From a bacterium (GTDB lineage: Bacteria; Hydrothermota; Tepidihabitantia; Tepidihabitantales; Tepidihabitantaceae), in the NCBI GenBank assembly GCA_046485285.1, contig JAWOHE010000074.1, forward strand, positions 1-18,704: a stretch of 18,704 bases of DNA, written 5' to 3'. Within the stretch, counting starts at the first letter, position 1, and the number at the start of each line of letters is the position of its first letter. Both the position numbers and the translations under genes were made by a program. The notes beneath the pieces were generated by a model that did no database searches, was not told where the DNA came from, and worked only from the letters and a program-made list of their open reading frames with translations. Below, in pieces: positions 7,231 through 14,776 of the stretch.

Positions 7231-8065
7231 ATCCGAAGACAACATCCGCCGGCAGGTCCGCGCCGGCTACGCGGAGGTGGCGCGCGGTGCCGGGTCGTGC
7301 TGCGGCGGCACGTCCTGCTGCGGCAACGCCCCGGCCGCCGCGGCGACGAGCCGGGCCGTCGGCTACAGCGACGCCGACCTCGCCGCGGTCCCGGACGGCG
7401 CCAACCTCGGCCTCGGCTGCGGCAACCCGGTCGCGCTGGCCGGCCTCAAGCCGGGCGAGACCGTCGTCGACCTCGGCTCCGGCGCCGGCGTCGACTGCTT
7501 CCTTGCCGCGAAGCAGGTCGGCCCGGCCGGCCGGGTCATCGGCGTCGACATGACCCCGGAGATGATCGAGAAGGCGCGCGCCAACGCCCGCAAGGCCGGC
7601 GTCGCCAACGTCGAGTTCCGGCTCGGTGAAATCGAGCACCTGCCGGTCGCCGACGCCTCGGCCGACGTCATCATCTCCAACTGCGTCATCAACCTCTCGC
7701 CCGACAAGCCGCAGGCCTTCCGCGAGGCGTTCCGGGTGCTCCGGCCCGGCGGCCGGCTGATGGTTTCCGACATCGTGCTCGCCACGCCCCTGCCCCGGGC
7801 CCTGCTCGACTCCGCCGCCGCCTACGTCGGCTGCATCTCGGGCGCGAGCCTGCGCGCGGACTACCTCGCGATGATTGCCGCGGCCGGGTTCCGGGACGTC
7901 ACGGCCGTGTCCGAAGAGCGCTTCCCGGTCGAGGCGTCGGCCAGTGACCCGACCCTGCAGGCGCTCGTCCGCGAGTCCGGCCTCGCCGACGACGACTTGC
8001 GCCGTGCCGCATCCGGCGTTATGAGCCTCAAGGTCGCCGCGACCAAGCCGACCCCGGAGGTGTGA
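7223..8065 (+). CDS. arsM: Arsenite S-adenosylmethionine methyltransferase
   Basis: AGGAGG then ATG at 7223. Motifs SCCGGTSCCG, NLGLGCGNP, VDLGSGAGVDC (SAM motif I), VIISNCVINL and YVGCISGA. Confidence 0.95.
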   Translation: MPESEDNIRRQVRAGYAEVARGAGSCCGGTSCCGNAPAAAATSRAVGYSDADLAAVPDGANLGLGCGNPVALAGLKPGETVVDLGSGAGVDCFLAAKQVGPAGRVIGVDMTPEMIEKARANARKAGVANVEFRLGEIEHLPVADASADVIISNCVINLSPDKPQAFREAFRVLRPGGRLMVSDIVLATPLPRALLDSAAAYVGCISGASLRADYLAMIAAAGFRDVTAVSEERFPVEASASDPTLQALVRESGLADDDLRRAASGVMSLKVAATKPTPEV

Positions 8066-8766
8066 TGCTTGAGGCAATCCTCGCCGGCGCGGACCGGATA
8101 ATCTCGACCCAGCCCCTGCTCGCGGTCCCGGTCGTCTTTCTCGGCGGCCTCGTCACCGCGCTCAACCCCTGCGTGCTCGCCTCGATTCCCCTCGCAATCG
8201 GCTTCGTCGGCGGCTACGCCCGGGGCCGGAGCAAAGGCTACGCCTTCCTGCTCGCGCTGTTCCTGTTCATCGGCATCGCCGCCGCCTTCACCGCGCTCGG
8301 GATGGTCGCCGGCCTCGCCGGCACGCTCTTCGGCACCACCTCGAAGTTCTGGCCGGTGCTGATTATCGTTGTCTGCGTCGTGATGGGCGGGCAGATTCTC
8401 TTCTTCCCGAATTTCGAACTGCCGATGCCCCGCGGCATCACCCCGAAGACCGGCGGCGTCGTCGGCGCGTTCCTGCTCGGCGCGCTGACCGGGGTCATCG
8501 CCACGCCCTGCGCGATGCCGATCCTTGCCGTCATCCTGTCCTATGTCGCGTCGAGGGGCAACGTCCTTTACGGCGGGCTCCTGCTCTTCACCTACGCCCT
8601 CGGCCATTCCGTGCTCGTCCTCGCCGCCGGCAGCTCGATGGGCCTTGCCGAGGCGATGGTCAACTCGAAGGGCCTGAAGAAGGGGTCCGCCATCCTCAAG
8701 AAGGCCTCGGGCGTCCTGCTCCTGCTCGTGGCCGCGTACTTCGTCTATGAGCTGTTCAAACGCTGA
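8065..8766 (+). CDS. ccdA: CcdA/DsbD transmembrane-domain electron transporter
   Basis: About six hydrophobic segments with the two catalytic Pro-Cys motifs LNPCVL and ATPCAMP. GGAGG SD and TGATG overlap with arsM (the track starts 3 nt earlier at a GTG). Confidence 0.88.
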   Translation: MLEAILAGADRIISTQPLLAVPVVFLGGLVTALNPCVLASIPLAIGFVGGYARGRSKGYAFLLALFLFIGIAAAFTALGMVAGLAGTLFGTTSKFWPVLIIVVCVVMGGQILFFPNFELPMPRGITPKTGGVVGAFLLGALTGVIATPCAMPILAVILSYVASRGNVLYGGLLLFTYALGHSVLVLAAGSSMGLAEAMVNSKGLKKGSAILKKASGVLLLLVAAYFVYELFKR

Positions 8767-8782
8767 ATCCGGAGGTACAGTA

Positions 8783-9313
8783 ATGAAGCGCCTGACCTTC
8801 TCCGTCGCGTCCGCGGTCCTGATGCTCGCGATGCTGACCGGCTGTCCCGGTCCCGGGCCCGCCGCCACCGTGCCCGGGCCTGACACGAGCCTCGCGGCCC
8901 AGGACGAAATCTGCGAGACGCTGCCCGCGACCGACTCCACCGCAGTTGCCGCCCTGCCGGACTCGCCCCCGGCCAGGCCGGAACCGAAACCGGAGCCCGC
9001 GCCCGAGCCGGAGCCCGCGCCGCCGCCGAAGCCGAAGGTCCTGCCCCGGATGTGGGACTTCGGCTCCGACAACTGCCTGCCCTGCGTTGAGATGGAAAAG
9101 ATCCTGACGCCGCTGATGACCGACTACAAGGGCAGGGTCGACATCCGCATCATCAACGTCTACCAGGACCGTGAGCGAACGATGCAGGCGCGCATCCAGA
9201 TAATCCCCACCCAGATCTTCTACGACCCGGAGGGCAGGGAGCTCTTCCGCCACATCGGCATCTATCCCCGCGACTCCATCGTCGCGAAGTTCCGCGAGTT
9301 CGGCTGGGAGTAG
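8783..9313 (+). CDS. Thioredoxin-family lipoprotein (CLPC)
   Basis: GGAGG then ATG at 8783. Lipobox MLTG|C, PEP-rich linker, DFGSDNCLPC, IPTQIFYD..G.E..RH.G. Confidence 0.88.
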   Translation: MKRLTFSVASAVLMLAMLTGCPGPGPAATVPGPDTSLAAQDEICETLPATDSTAVAALPDSPPARPEPKPEPAPEPEPAPPPKPKVLPRMWDFGSDNCLPCVEMEKILTPLMTDYKGRVDIRIINVYQDRERTMQARIQIIPTQIFYDPEGRELFRHIGIYPRDSIVAKFREFGWE

Positions 9314-9316
9314 CCG

Positions 9317-10489
9317 GTGAAGGAACGGACCAAGTTCCTCGTCATCCTCGCCGCGTTCCTGCTCTTCTTCTTCCTGCCGGTCGGGCTGCCGCGGGTCCAG
9401 GGCGCACTGCTCGAAGGCTTCCTGATGCTCCAGGACTACGCCCGGCTCCACATCCTGCTGTGCCTCGTGCCCGCCTTCTTCATCGCCGGCGCAATCCAGA
9501 ACTTCATCTCGCGGGAAGCGGTGCTCAAGTACTTCGGCCCGAAGTCGAACAAGGTCCTCGCCTACTCGGTCGCCTCGGTCTCGGGCGCGATTCTCGCGGT
9601 CTGCTCCTGCACCGTCCTGCCGATGTTCATGGGCATCTACTACGCCGGCGCCGGGCTCGGCGTCGCCTCGACCTTCCTCTACTCCGGCCCGGCCATCAAC
9701 GTCCTCGCCATCCTGATGACCGGCCGGGTACTCGGCCTCGAACTCGGCGCGGCCCGGGCAATCGGCGCGGTCGTCTTCTCGGTCGTCATCGGGCTCGGGA
9801 TGGCGCTCATCTTTCTCAAGTCCGAGCGCCAGCGGGCCGAAGGCGCGGGCCTGGCCGGCCTGTCGGCGGAAGCGCCCCGCCGCAACCTCGGCCAGAACGT
9901 CCTCTACTTCGCGGCAATGATCGCCTTCCTCGTCTTCGCCAACTGGGGCCGGCCGAAGGAGCCCATCGGCTTCTTCAACTTCGTCTTCTCGATCAAGTGG
10001 TACCTTGCCGGCGCGTTCCTGCTCGCCACGCTCGCGATGGCCTGGCGCTGGTTCGACTCCGGGGAGCGCAAGGCCTGGGTCCAGTCGACCTGGACCTTCG
10101 CCAAACAGATACTGCCGCTCCTGCTCGGCGGGGTGTTTGTCGCCGGGTTCCTGCTCGGCCGGCCGGGCCTCAATGCCGGCATCATCCCGGACGGCATCAT
10201 CGCCGGCCTCGTCGGCGGCAACTCGCTCTGGTCAAACCTGTTCGCCTCGGTATCGGGCGCGCTGATGTACTTCGCGACCCTGACCGAGATTCCCATCCTC
10301 CAGGGCCTCCTCGGCTCGGGGATGGGCAAGGGTCCGGCGCTCGCGCTGTTGCTGTCCGGCCCGGCGCTCTCCCTGCCCTCGATGATCGTCATCATCCGCA
10401 CCATCGGCCCGCGCCGGGCGCTGACGTTCATCCTCCTCGTGGTCACACTCTCGACCATCGTCGGCCTTGTCTATGGAGCGATTGCGTAA
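9317..10489 (+). CDS. arsP: ArsP-family (DUF318) permease; characterised members export trivalent organoarsenicals such as MAs(III)
   Basis: 390-aa polytopic membrane protein with LAVCSCTVLP, FLYSGPAIN, YFATLTEIP and LLSGPALSLPS, in an ars context. Confidence 0.85.
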   Translation: MKERTKFLVILAAFLLFFFLPVGLPRVQGALLEGFLMLQDYARLHILLCLVPAFFIAGAIQNFISREAVLKYFGPKSNKVLAYSVASVSGAILAVCSCTVLPMFMGIYYAGAGLGVASTFLYSGPAINVLAILMTGRVLGLELGAARAIGAVVFSVVIGLGMALIFLKSERQRAEGAGLAGLSAEAPRRNLGQNVLYFAAMIAFLVFANWGRPKEPIGFFNFVFSIKWYLAGAFLLATLAMAWRWFDSGERKAWVQSTWTFAKQILPLLLGGVFVAGFLLGRPGLNAGIIPDGIIAGLVGGNSLWSNLFASVSGALMYFATLTEIPILQGLLGSGMGKGPALALLLSGPALSLPSMIVIIRTIGPRRALTFILLVVTLSTIVGLVYGAIA

Positions 10490-10536
10490 CTCCCCGTTGA
10501 CGCCCCGGGCTTGCAGCGGGGCCAAGGAGGTATCTG

Positions 10537-11409
10537 ATGTTTGAACGGATTCTCATCGCCACCGACCTCAGCGAGACCTCGGAACAGGTGGTCAGCAGTC
10601 TCGCGCCACTCCGTGCCCACGGCGCGCGGGAGGCGATCGTGCTGTACTGCCTGAACGCCAGCGCGCCCGAGCCGCTGACCTCGGATATGCTGAAGTTCGT
10701 CCAGCCGAAACTCGACCGCCAGTTCGCGCTGGCCCGCGAGGCCGGCCTTGACGCCAAGGTCGAGGTCGCCATCGGCGCGCCGCAGCGGGAGGTCCACCGG
10801 GTCGCCGATGACCGGGACGTCTCGCTCATTGTCATCGGCTCGCACGGCCACTCTCTCGCATTCCAGAGCCTCTTCGGCAGCACCGCCTGCACCATTCTTC
10901 ACGACGCCCGCCGACCGCTGCTGGTGATGCGCGTTCGCCACGTCGAGCGCGACGGTCGGAAGGTCAACGAGGTGGTGCCCTTCGCGCCGGCTCACCACGT
11001 GCTCTACGCCACCGACTTCTCGGACAACGCCGAACACGCCTTCGGCCACGTCCGGGAGCTGGCCCGGACGGGCGGGAAACGGTTCACCCTCGTGCACGTC
11101 CAGGACAAGACCCGCATCGGCAAGCACCTCGCAGACCGCCTCGAGGAGTTCAACAAGATCGACACTGCCCGGCTTGAGCGGCTCAGGGGACAACTGGCGG
11201 AGGATGGGGCCCGCGATGTCGCCGTCGAGTTGCCCTACGGTTCGCCCGTGGTCGAGATACTCCGCGTCGCCCGGGAGCGCGAAGCCTCTCTGCTCGTGAT
11301 GGGCAACCAGGGCCGCGGTTTCATCAAGGAGGTCTTCCTCGGCAGTGTCAGCCACAACGTGGCCCACCAGGCACCGGTGCCCCTGCTGCTGATACCGGCA
11401 CCGCGCTAG
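10537..11409 (+). CDS. Universal stress protein, tandem USP domains
   Basis: Two repeats: ILIATDLS...LIVIGSHGH..LFGST and VLYATDFS...LLVMGNQGRG...FLGSVSHNV. AAGGAGG SD. Confidence 0.93.
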   Translation: MFERILIATDLSETSEQVVSSLAPLRAHGAREAIVLYCLNASAPEPLTSDMLKFVQPKLDRQFALAREAGLDAKVEVAIGAPQREVHRVADDRDVSLIVIGSHGHSLAFQSLFGSTACTILHDARRPLLVMRVRHVERDGRKVNEVVPFAPAHHVLYATDFSDNAEHAFGHVRELARTGGKRFTLVHVQDKTRIGKHLADRLEEFNKIDTARLERLRGQLAEDGARDVAVELPYGSPVVEILRVAREREASLLVMGNQGRGFIKEVFLGSVSHNVAHQAPVPLLLIPAPR

Positions 11410-11439
11410 CAGAGTAACGATCCGGAACAGGAGGATACG

Positions 11440-11682
11440 ATGAAAGTCCAGGTACTCGGAATCGGCTGTGCCCGCTGCCAGGAACTCGAAAAGCGGGTCC
11501 GCGACACACTCGCGGAGATGAACCTCGCCGCGGACATCGAGAAGGTAACCGAACTCCAGAAGTTCGCCGCCATGGGCGTCTTCATGACGCCCGGGCTCGT
11601 GATTGACGGCAAGGTCGTCTCGCAGGGCAGGATCCCGTCCAAGGACGAAATGAAGAAACTGCTCGCCGGGGGTTCGGCATGA
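11440..11682 (+). CDS. Small MTH895/TM0996-type (Thioredoxin_3) redox-active disulfide protein
   Basis: 80 aa: MKVQVLGIGCARC...GVFMTPGLVIDGKVVSQGRIPS. AGGAGG SD. Confidence 0.9.
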   Translation: MKVQVLGIGCARCQELEKRVRDTLAEMNLAADIEKVTELQKFAAMGVFMTPGLVIDGKVVSQGRIPSKDEMKKLLAGGSA

Positions 11683-12446
11683 GACGAGGAGCGCGCCTCC
11701 GGATACTGTTCGTCGCGCTGGCCGGTCTGGTCGGGCTGGCTCAGGCCGAACCCAATCCGCCGCCACTCCTGGACTTCGACAGCACCGTCACCGCGGCGCG
11801 GCTTGAGCTGCGCTCCTACTGCGCGCTCGTCCAGAAGCTCGACTCGGCCAGCACCGCGGAGGCGGTCAACGTCACGCTCGACCACCTCGGCCGCGCGCAG
11901 GCCGTCTGGCGCGAAGTCGTAGCGCGCTACGGAACGAACCCGCCGGCCGAGTACCTGTCCGATGCAGGCTTCGCGGCCCGGCTCGCGGACGTCGAGACGG
12001 CAATGGGGCAGATGGAGTCGCTGCTGAGAGCCGGCGACTACGCGGGCTCGTTCAAGGCCTGCGGCAAGGGCTGCGCGGAGTTCATCCGGATGCACGAGGA
12101 GAACCGTCTCGCCTACGCTTCCGACCGGCTGTACCACCTCCGCCGGGCCACCAAAGACGCCATCGCGACGGCAAAGGACTCAGCCGGGCCGGGCCGCGCC
12201 GACTCGCTGGTCGCCCGGGTTTTGGAGCTCCGCAACCGCGCGCTCCTCGGTCCATGCCCGTATCCGGGGGACACCGACCGGTGTCAGTGCTACCGGAGGA
12301 AGGTGAGCGACATGTCCGCGGCCGTGGACCGCTTCGTCCTGGCCCGGCATCACCGGGACGCGGCGTTCGCCGCCACCGGAGACGCCCTGATGGACGCGGT
12401 GAATCGCGCCTATTCGGCGGCCCTGCGCTGCACCAACAAGGAATGA
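11679..12446 (+). CDS. Hypothetical secreted, Cys-rich, probably alpha-helical protein
   Basis: 255 aa with signal peptide ...GLVGLAQA|EP and 7 Cys. ATGA overlaps with both neighbours support a real gene. I do not recognise the family. Confidence 0.75.
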   Translation: MRRGARLRILFVALAGLVGLAQAEPNPPPLLDFDSTVTAARLELRSYCALVQKLDSASTAEAVNVTLDHLGRAQAVWREVVARYGTNPPAEYLSDAGFAARLADVETAMGQMESLLRAGDYAGSFKACGKGCAEFIRMHEENRLAYASDRLYHLRRATKDAIATAKDSAGPGRADSLVARVLELRNRALLGPCPYPGDTDRCQCYRRKVSDMSAAVDRFVLARHHRDAAFAATGDALMDAVNRAYSAALRCTNKE

Positions 12447-13729
12447 CCGCGCTGTTCCTGCTCGTCACGCTGGTCGCTGCCGCCGACCCGGCCGGTGTCG
12501 ACGCCGACTCTGTCTTCATCAGCCTGGACCAGGTGCTGGCCGGAGTCTCGAGCGACAACCTGCGCCTGCAGGCCGCGTTCGCCCGCCTCGCCGGCGGTCA
12601 GGCTGAACTGCGTGCCGCGCGCGGCGAGTGGATTCCCGACCTAAGCATCAGCGGGGAGTACACCTGGCTCGATCTCGTGCCCCAGAACAAGAAGCCTTTC
12701 ATCGGCGACTCTCCGCACGACTTCCTCACTACGGTCGGCGTGCGCCAGCCGCTCTACGACGGCGGGCGAGCCGCTGCCCGGTACCGCTCGGCCCGGGCGC
12801 GCATCACTCAGGATTCAGCCGGGCTCTCCGCCGAGGCGATGGCGGTGCGCTTCGAGGCCCAGCGGCTCTACCGCCGGCTCCAGGGGCTCAGGCAGGAGAC
12901 TGCGGTGCTCGAGCACAGCCGCGACAACATGACCGCCCGGCTGAAGCGAACCCGGCTGCTGCAGGCTGCGGGCCGGCTATCGGCGCTCGACCTTGGCCGG
13001 CTCGAGGTCGAAGCGGCCGGCCTTGACAATCGCCTGATTGCCGCCCGCAACCAGTTCGCGGCAGCCTCACGCAGTCTGGCCGCGCTGCTCGGCCGGTCAG
13101 ACTCCGCCGTTCTCGTGCCTGTTGACTCGCTGGCCGCCGAGACCGCGGGCTTCGCGCTGCCCGGGCCGGACGACGCTCGCCGGCTCATTGACGAGAGCCC
13201 GGAGCTGGCACAGCGTGCGGCCGACGTTGAGCAAGCTCGGGCCGGCGTCACCTCGGCCCGGGCCGCGCTGCTGCCGAGCGTTGACGGGGCTGCCTGGTAC
13301 GGATGGGAGTTTGGGCCGGACAGCTTCTCTTTGCAGAAGAACGACCGCTACTACGCCGGGGTGCGGGCCGCGATTCCGCTGCTCGACGGCGGCACCGCCC
13401 GGAACCGTCTCAGTTCGGCCGATGCCTCTCTTCGCGCCGCGCGACTTCGGAGGGAGGATACCGAGCTGCGCCTGCAGGCCGAGGTCGCCAATGGGCTGGC
13501 CGCGCTTCAGGAGTACCCGGAACGCATAGCGGTACAGCGTCGCGCGGTCGAGCAGGCCCGCGCCAACCTGCGTACCGCGGACCTGGAGTATTCCGCCGGT
13601 CGTCGCTCCGCAACCGACGCCATCCAGATACAGCAAAGCCTGCTCGAATCCGAGCTGACGCTGGCCGGGCTTTATGAGGGCTATCACAACGCCCGAGCCC
13701 GGTTGCTGGCACTGCTCGGACTGCTCTAA
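12443..13729 (+). CDS. TolC-family outer membrane factor
   Basis: ATG at 12443 (ATGA overlap). Two OEP repeats: 'WIPDLSISGEY...VRQPLYDGG' and 'LLPSVDG...AAIPLLDGG'. C-terminal YHNARARLLALLG. Confidence 0.92.
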   Translation: MTALFLLVTLVAAADPAGVDADSVFISLDQVLAGVSSDNLRLQAAFARLAGGQAELRAARGEWIPDLSISGEYTWLDLVPQNKKPFIGDSPHDFLTTVGVRQPLYDGGRAAARYRSARARITQDSAGLSAEAMAVRFEAQRLYRRLQGLRQETAVLEHSRDNMTARLKRTRLLQAAGRLSALDLGRLEVEAAGLDNRLIAARNQFAAASRSLAALLGRSDSAVLVPVDSLAAETAGFALPGPDDARRLIDESPELAQRAADVEQARAGVTSARAALLPSVDGAAWYGWEFGPDSFSLQKNDRYYAGVRAAIPLLDGGTARNRLSSADASLRAARLRREDTELRLQAEVANGLAALQEYPERIAVQRRAVEQARANLRTADLEYSAGRRSATDAIQIQQSLLESELTLAGLYEGYHNARARLLALLGLL

Positions 13730-13744
13730 ACAGGAGGTCTGCCG

Positions 13745-14773
13745 ATGTCCCGATACCTGAGCAGCACGCGCCGCCGAGTCGGTAGCGGCCTTTCACTTGC
13801 CCTGGCCGCCATCCTGCTTCACCTGGCCTGTGGCCGGCAGGCCGCTGAAACCGGCGGGCCAAAGCCACCCTTGGTCAAGACCGCGGTCGCCCAACTGGGG
13901 ACCATCAGGCAGGAACTCGAGCTGCCCGGCACGGTCCGGCCGTCAGCCGTTGCCGGCGTCCTGTCGACGACCGAGGGCAAGGTGAGCCGTCTTCTCGCCC
14001 GCGAAGGAGACCGCGTCGAGGAAGGAACGGCACTCGCTTACGTTAGTCCGCTGGTGCGCGAGGACATCGTCAACGCCGCGCGCGTGGCGGCCGAATCGCT
14101 GCGCGCAATCGGCCGACAGCCGCTGGCCGAGGCCGAGGAGAATCTCCGCTTCGCCCTCGCCGAGTATCGTGAGTCCCCGCTCGTCGCGCCGATGACCGGG
14201 GTCGTATCACAGCGATCCGCCGACATCGGCGACATGGTCGTCCCCCGCCAGAAGCTGTACGAGGTGCAGAGTGTCGGGGCGTTCCGCGTTGACGTAACCG
14301 TGCCCGAGTTGAGCATCTCCGGTGTCGGCCGCGGCGCAAACGTCAGGCTGCGCGCCGATGCCTGGCCCGACCGGGAGTTCAACGGACGAGTGGAGCGGGT
14401 GCACCCGCGACTCGACGAGTTGACCCGCACCGGGATGGTGGAAATCGTACCGCAGCCACCCTTCCCTGAACTCAAGGCCGGCATGATGGTTCGGGTGTCA
14501 ATCGCGACCGCGCAAGCCGACTCTGCGGTCATCGTCCCGGTGGCCGCGGTCACCGTCACGCCCAACGGCCAGCAGGTGGTCTACGTTGTGGACGCCGACA
14601 CCGCCCGGCAGCGCCAGGTCAGGACCGGCATCGAGTCGGGCAGCCGTGTGCAACTGCTCGACGGCGTGGCCGCGGGCGAATCAGTCATAACCGCGGGCAA
14701 CGAACGGCTTCGTGACGGCGCTGCGGTGCGCGTCCAGTCGGGCAAAGCAGGCGCACCGGGAAGAGAGGACTAG
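13745..14773 (+). CDS. RND periplasmic adaptor (membrane fusion protein), probable lipoprotein
   Basis: LHLA|C, lipoyl halves (GKVSRLLAREGDRVEEG; APMTGVV), LKAGMM, IVPVAAV and GVAAGESVITAG. AGGAGG SD. Confidence 0.92.
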   Translation: MSRYLSSTRRRVGSGLSLALAAILLHLACGRQAAETGGPKPPLVKTAVAQLGTIRQELELPGTVRPSAVAGVLSTTEGKVSRLLAREGDRVEEGTALAYVSPLVREDIVNAARVAAESLRAIGRQPLAEAEENLRFALAEYRESPLVAPMTGVVSQRSADIGDMVVPRQKLYEVQSVGAFRVDVTVPELSISGVGRGANVRLRADAWPDREFNGRVERVHPRLDELTRTGMVEIVPQPPFPELKAGMMVRVSIATAQADSAVIVPVAAVTVTPNGQQVVYVVDADTARQRQVRTGIESGSRVQLLDGVAAGESVITAGNERLRDGAAVRVQSGKAGAPGRED

Positions 14774-14776
14774 AGC

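Noticed and set aside
12058-12096. Heme c attachment motif in the Cys-rich protein
   Set aside because: CGKGC is CxxxC and is not followed directly by His; no CxxCH is present.
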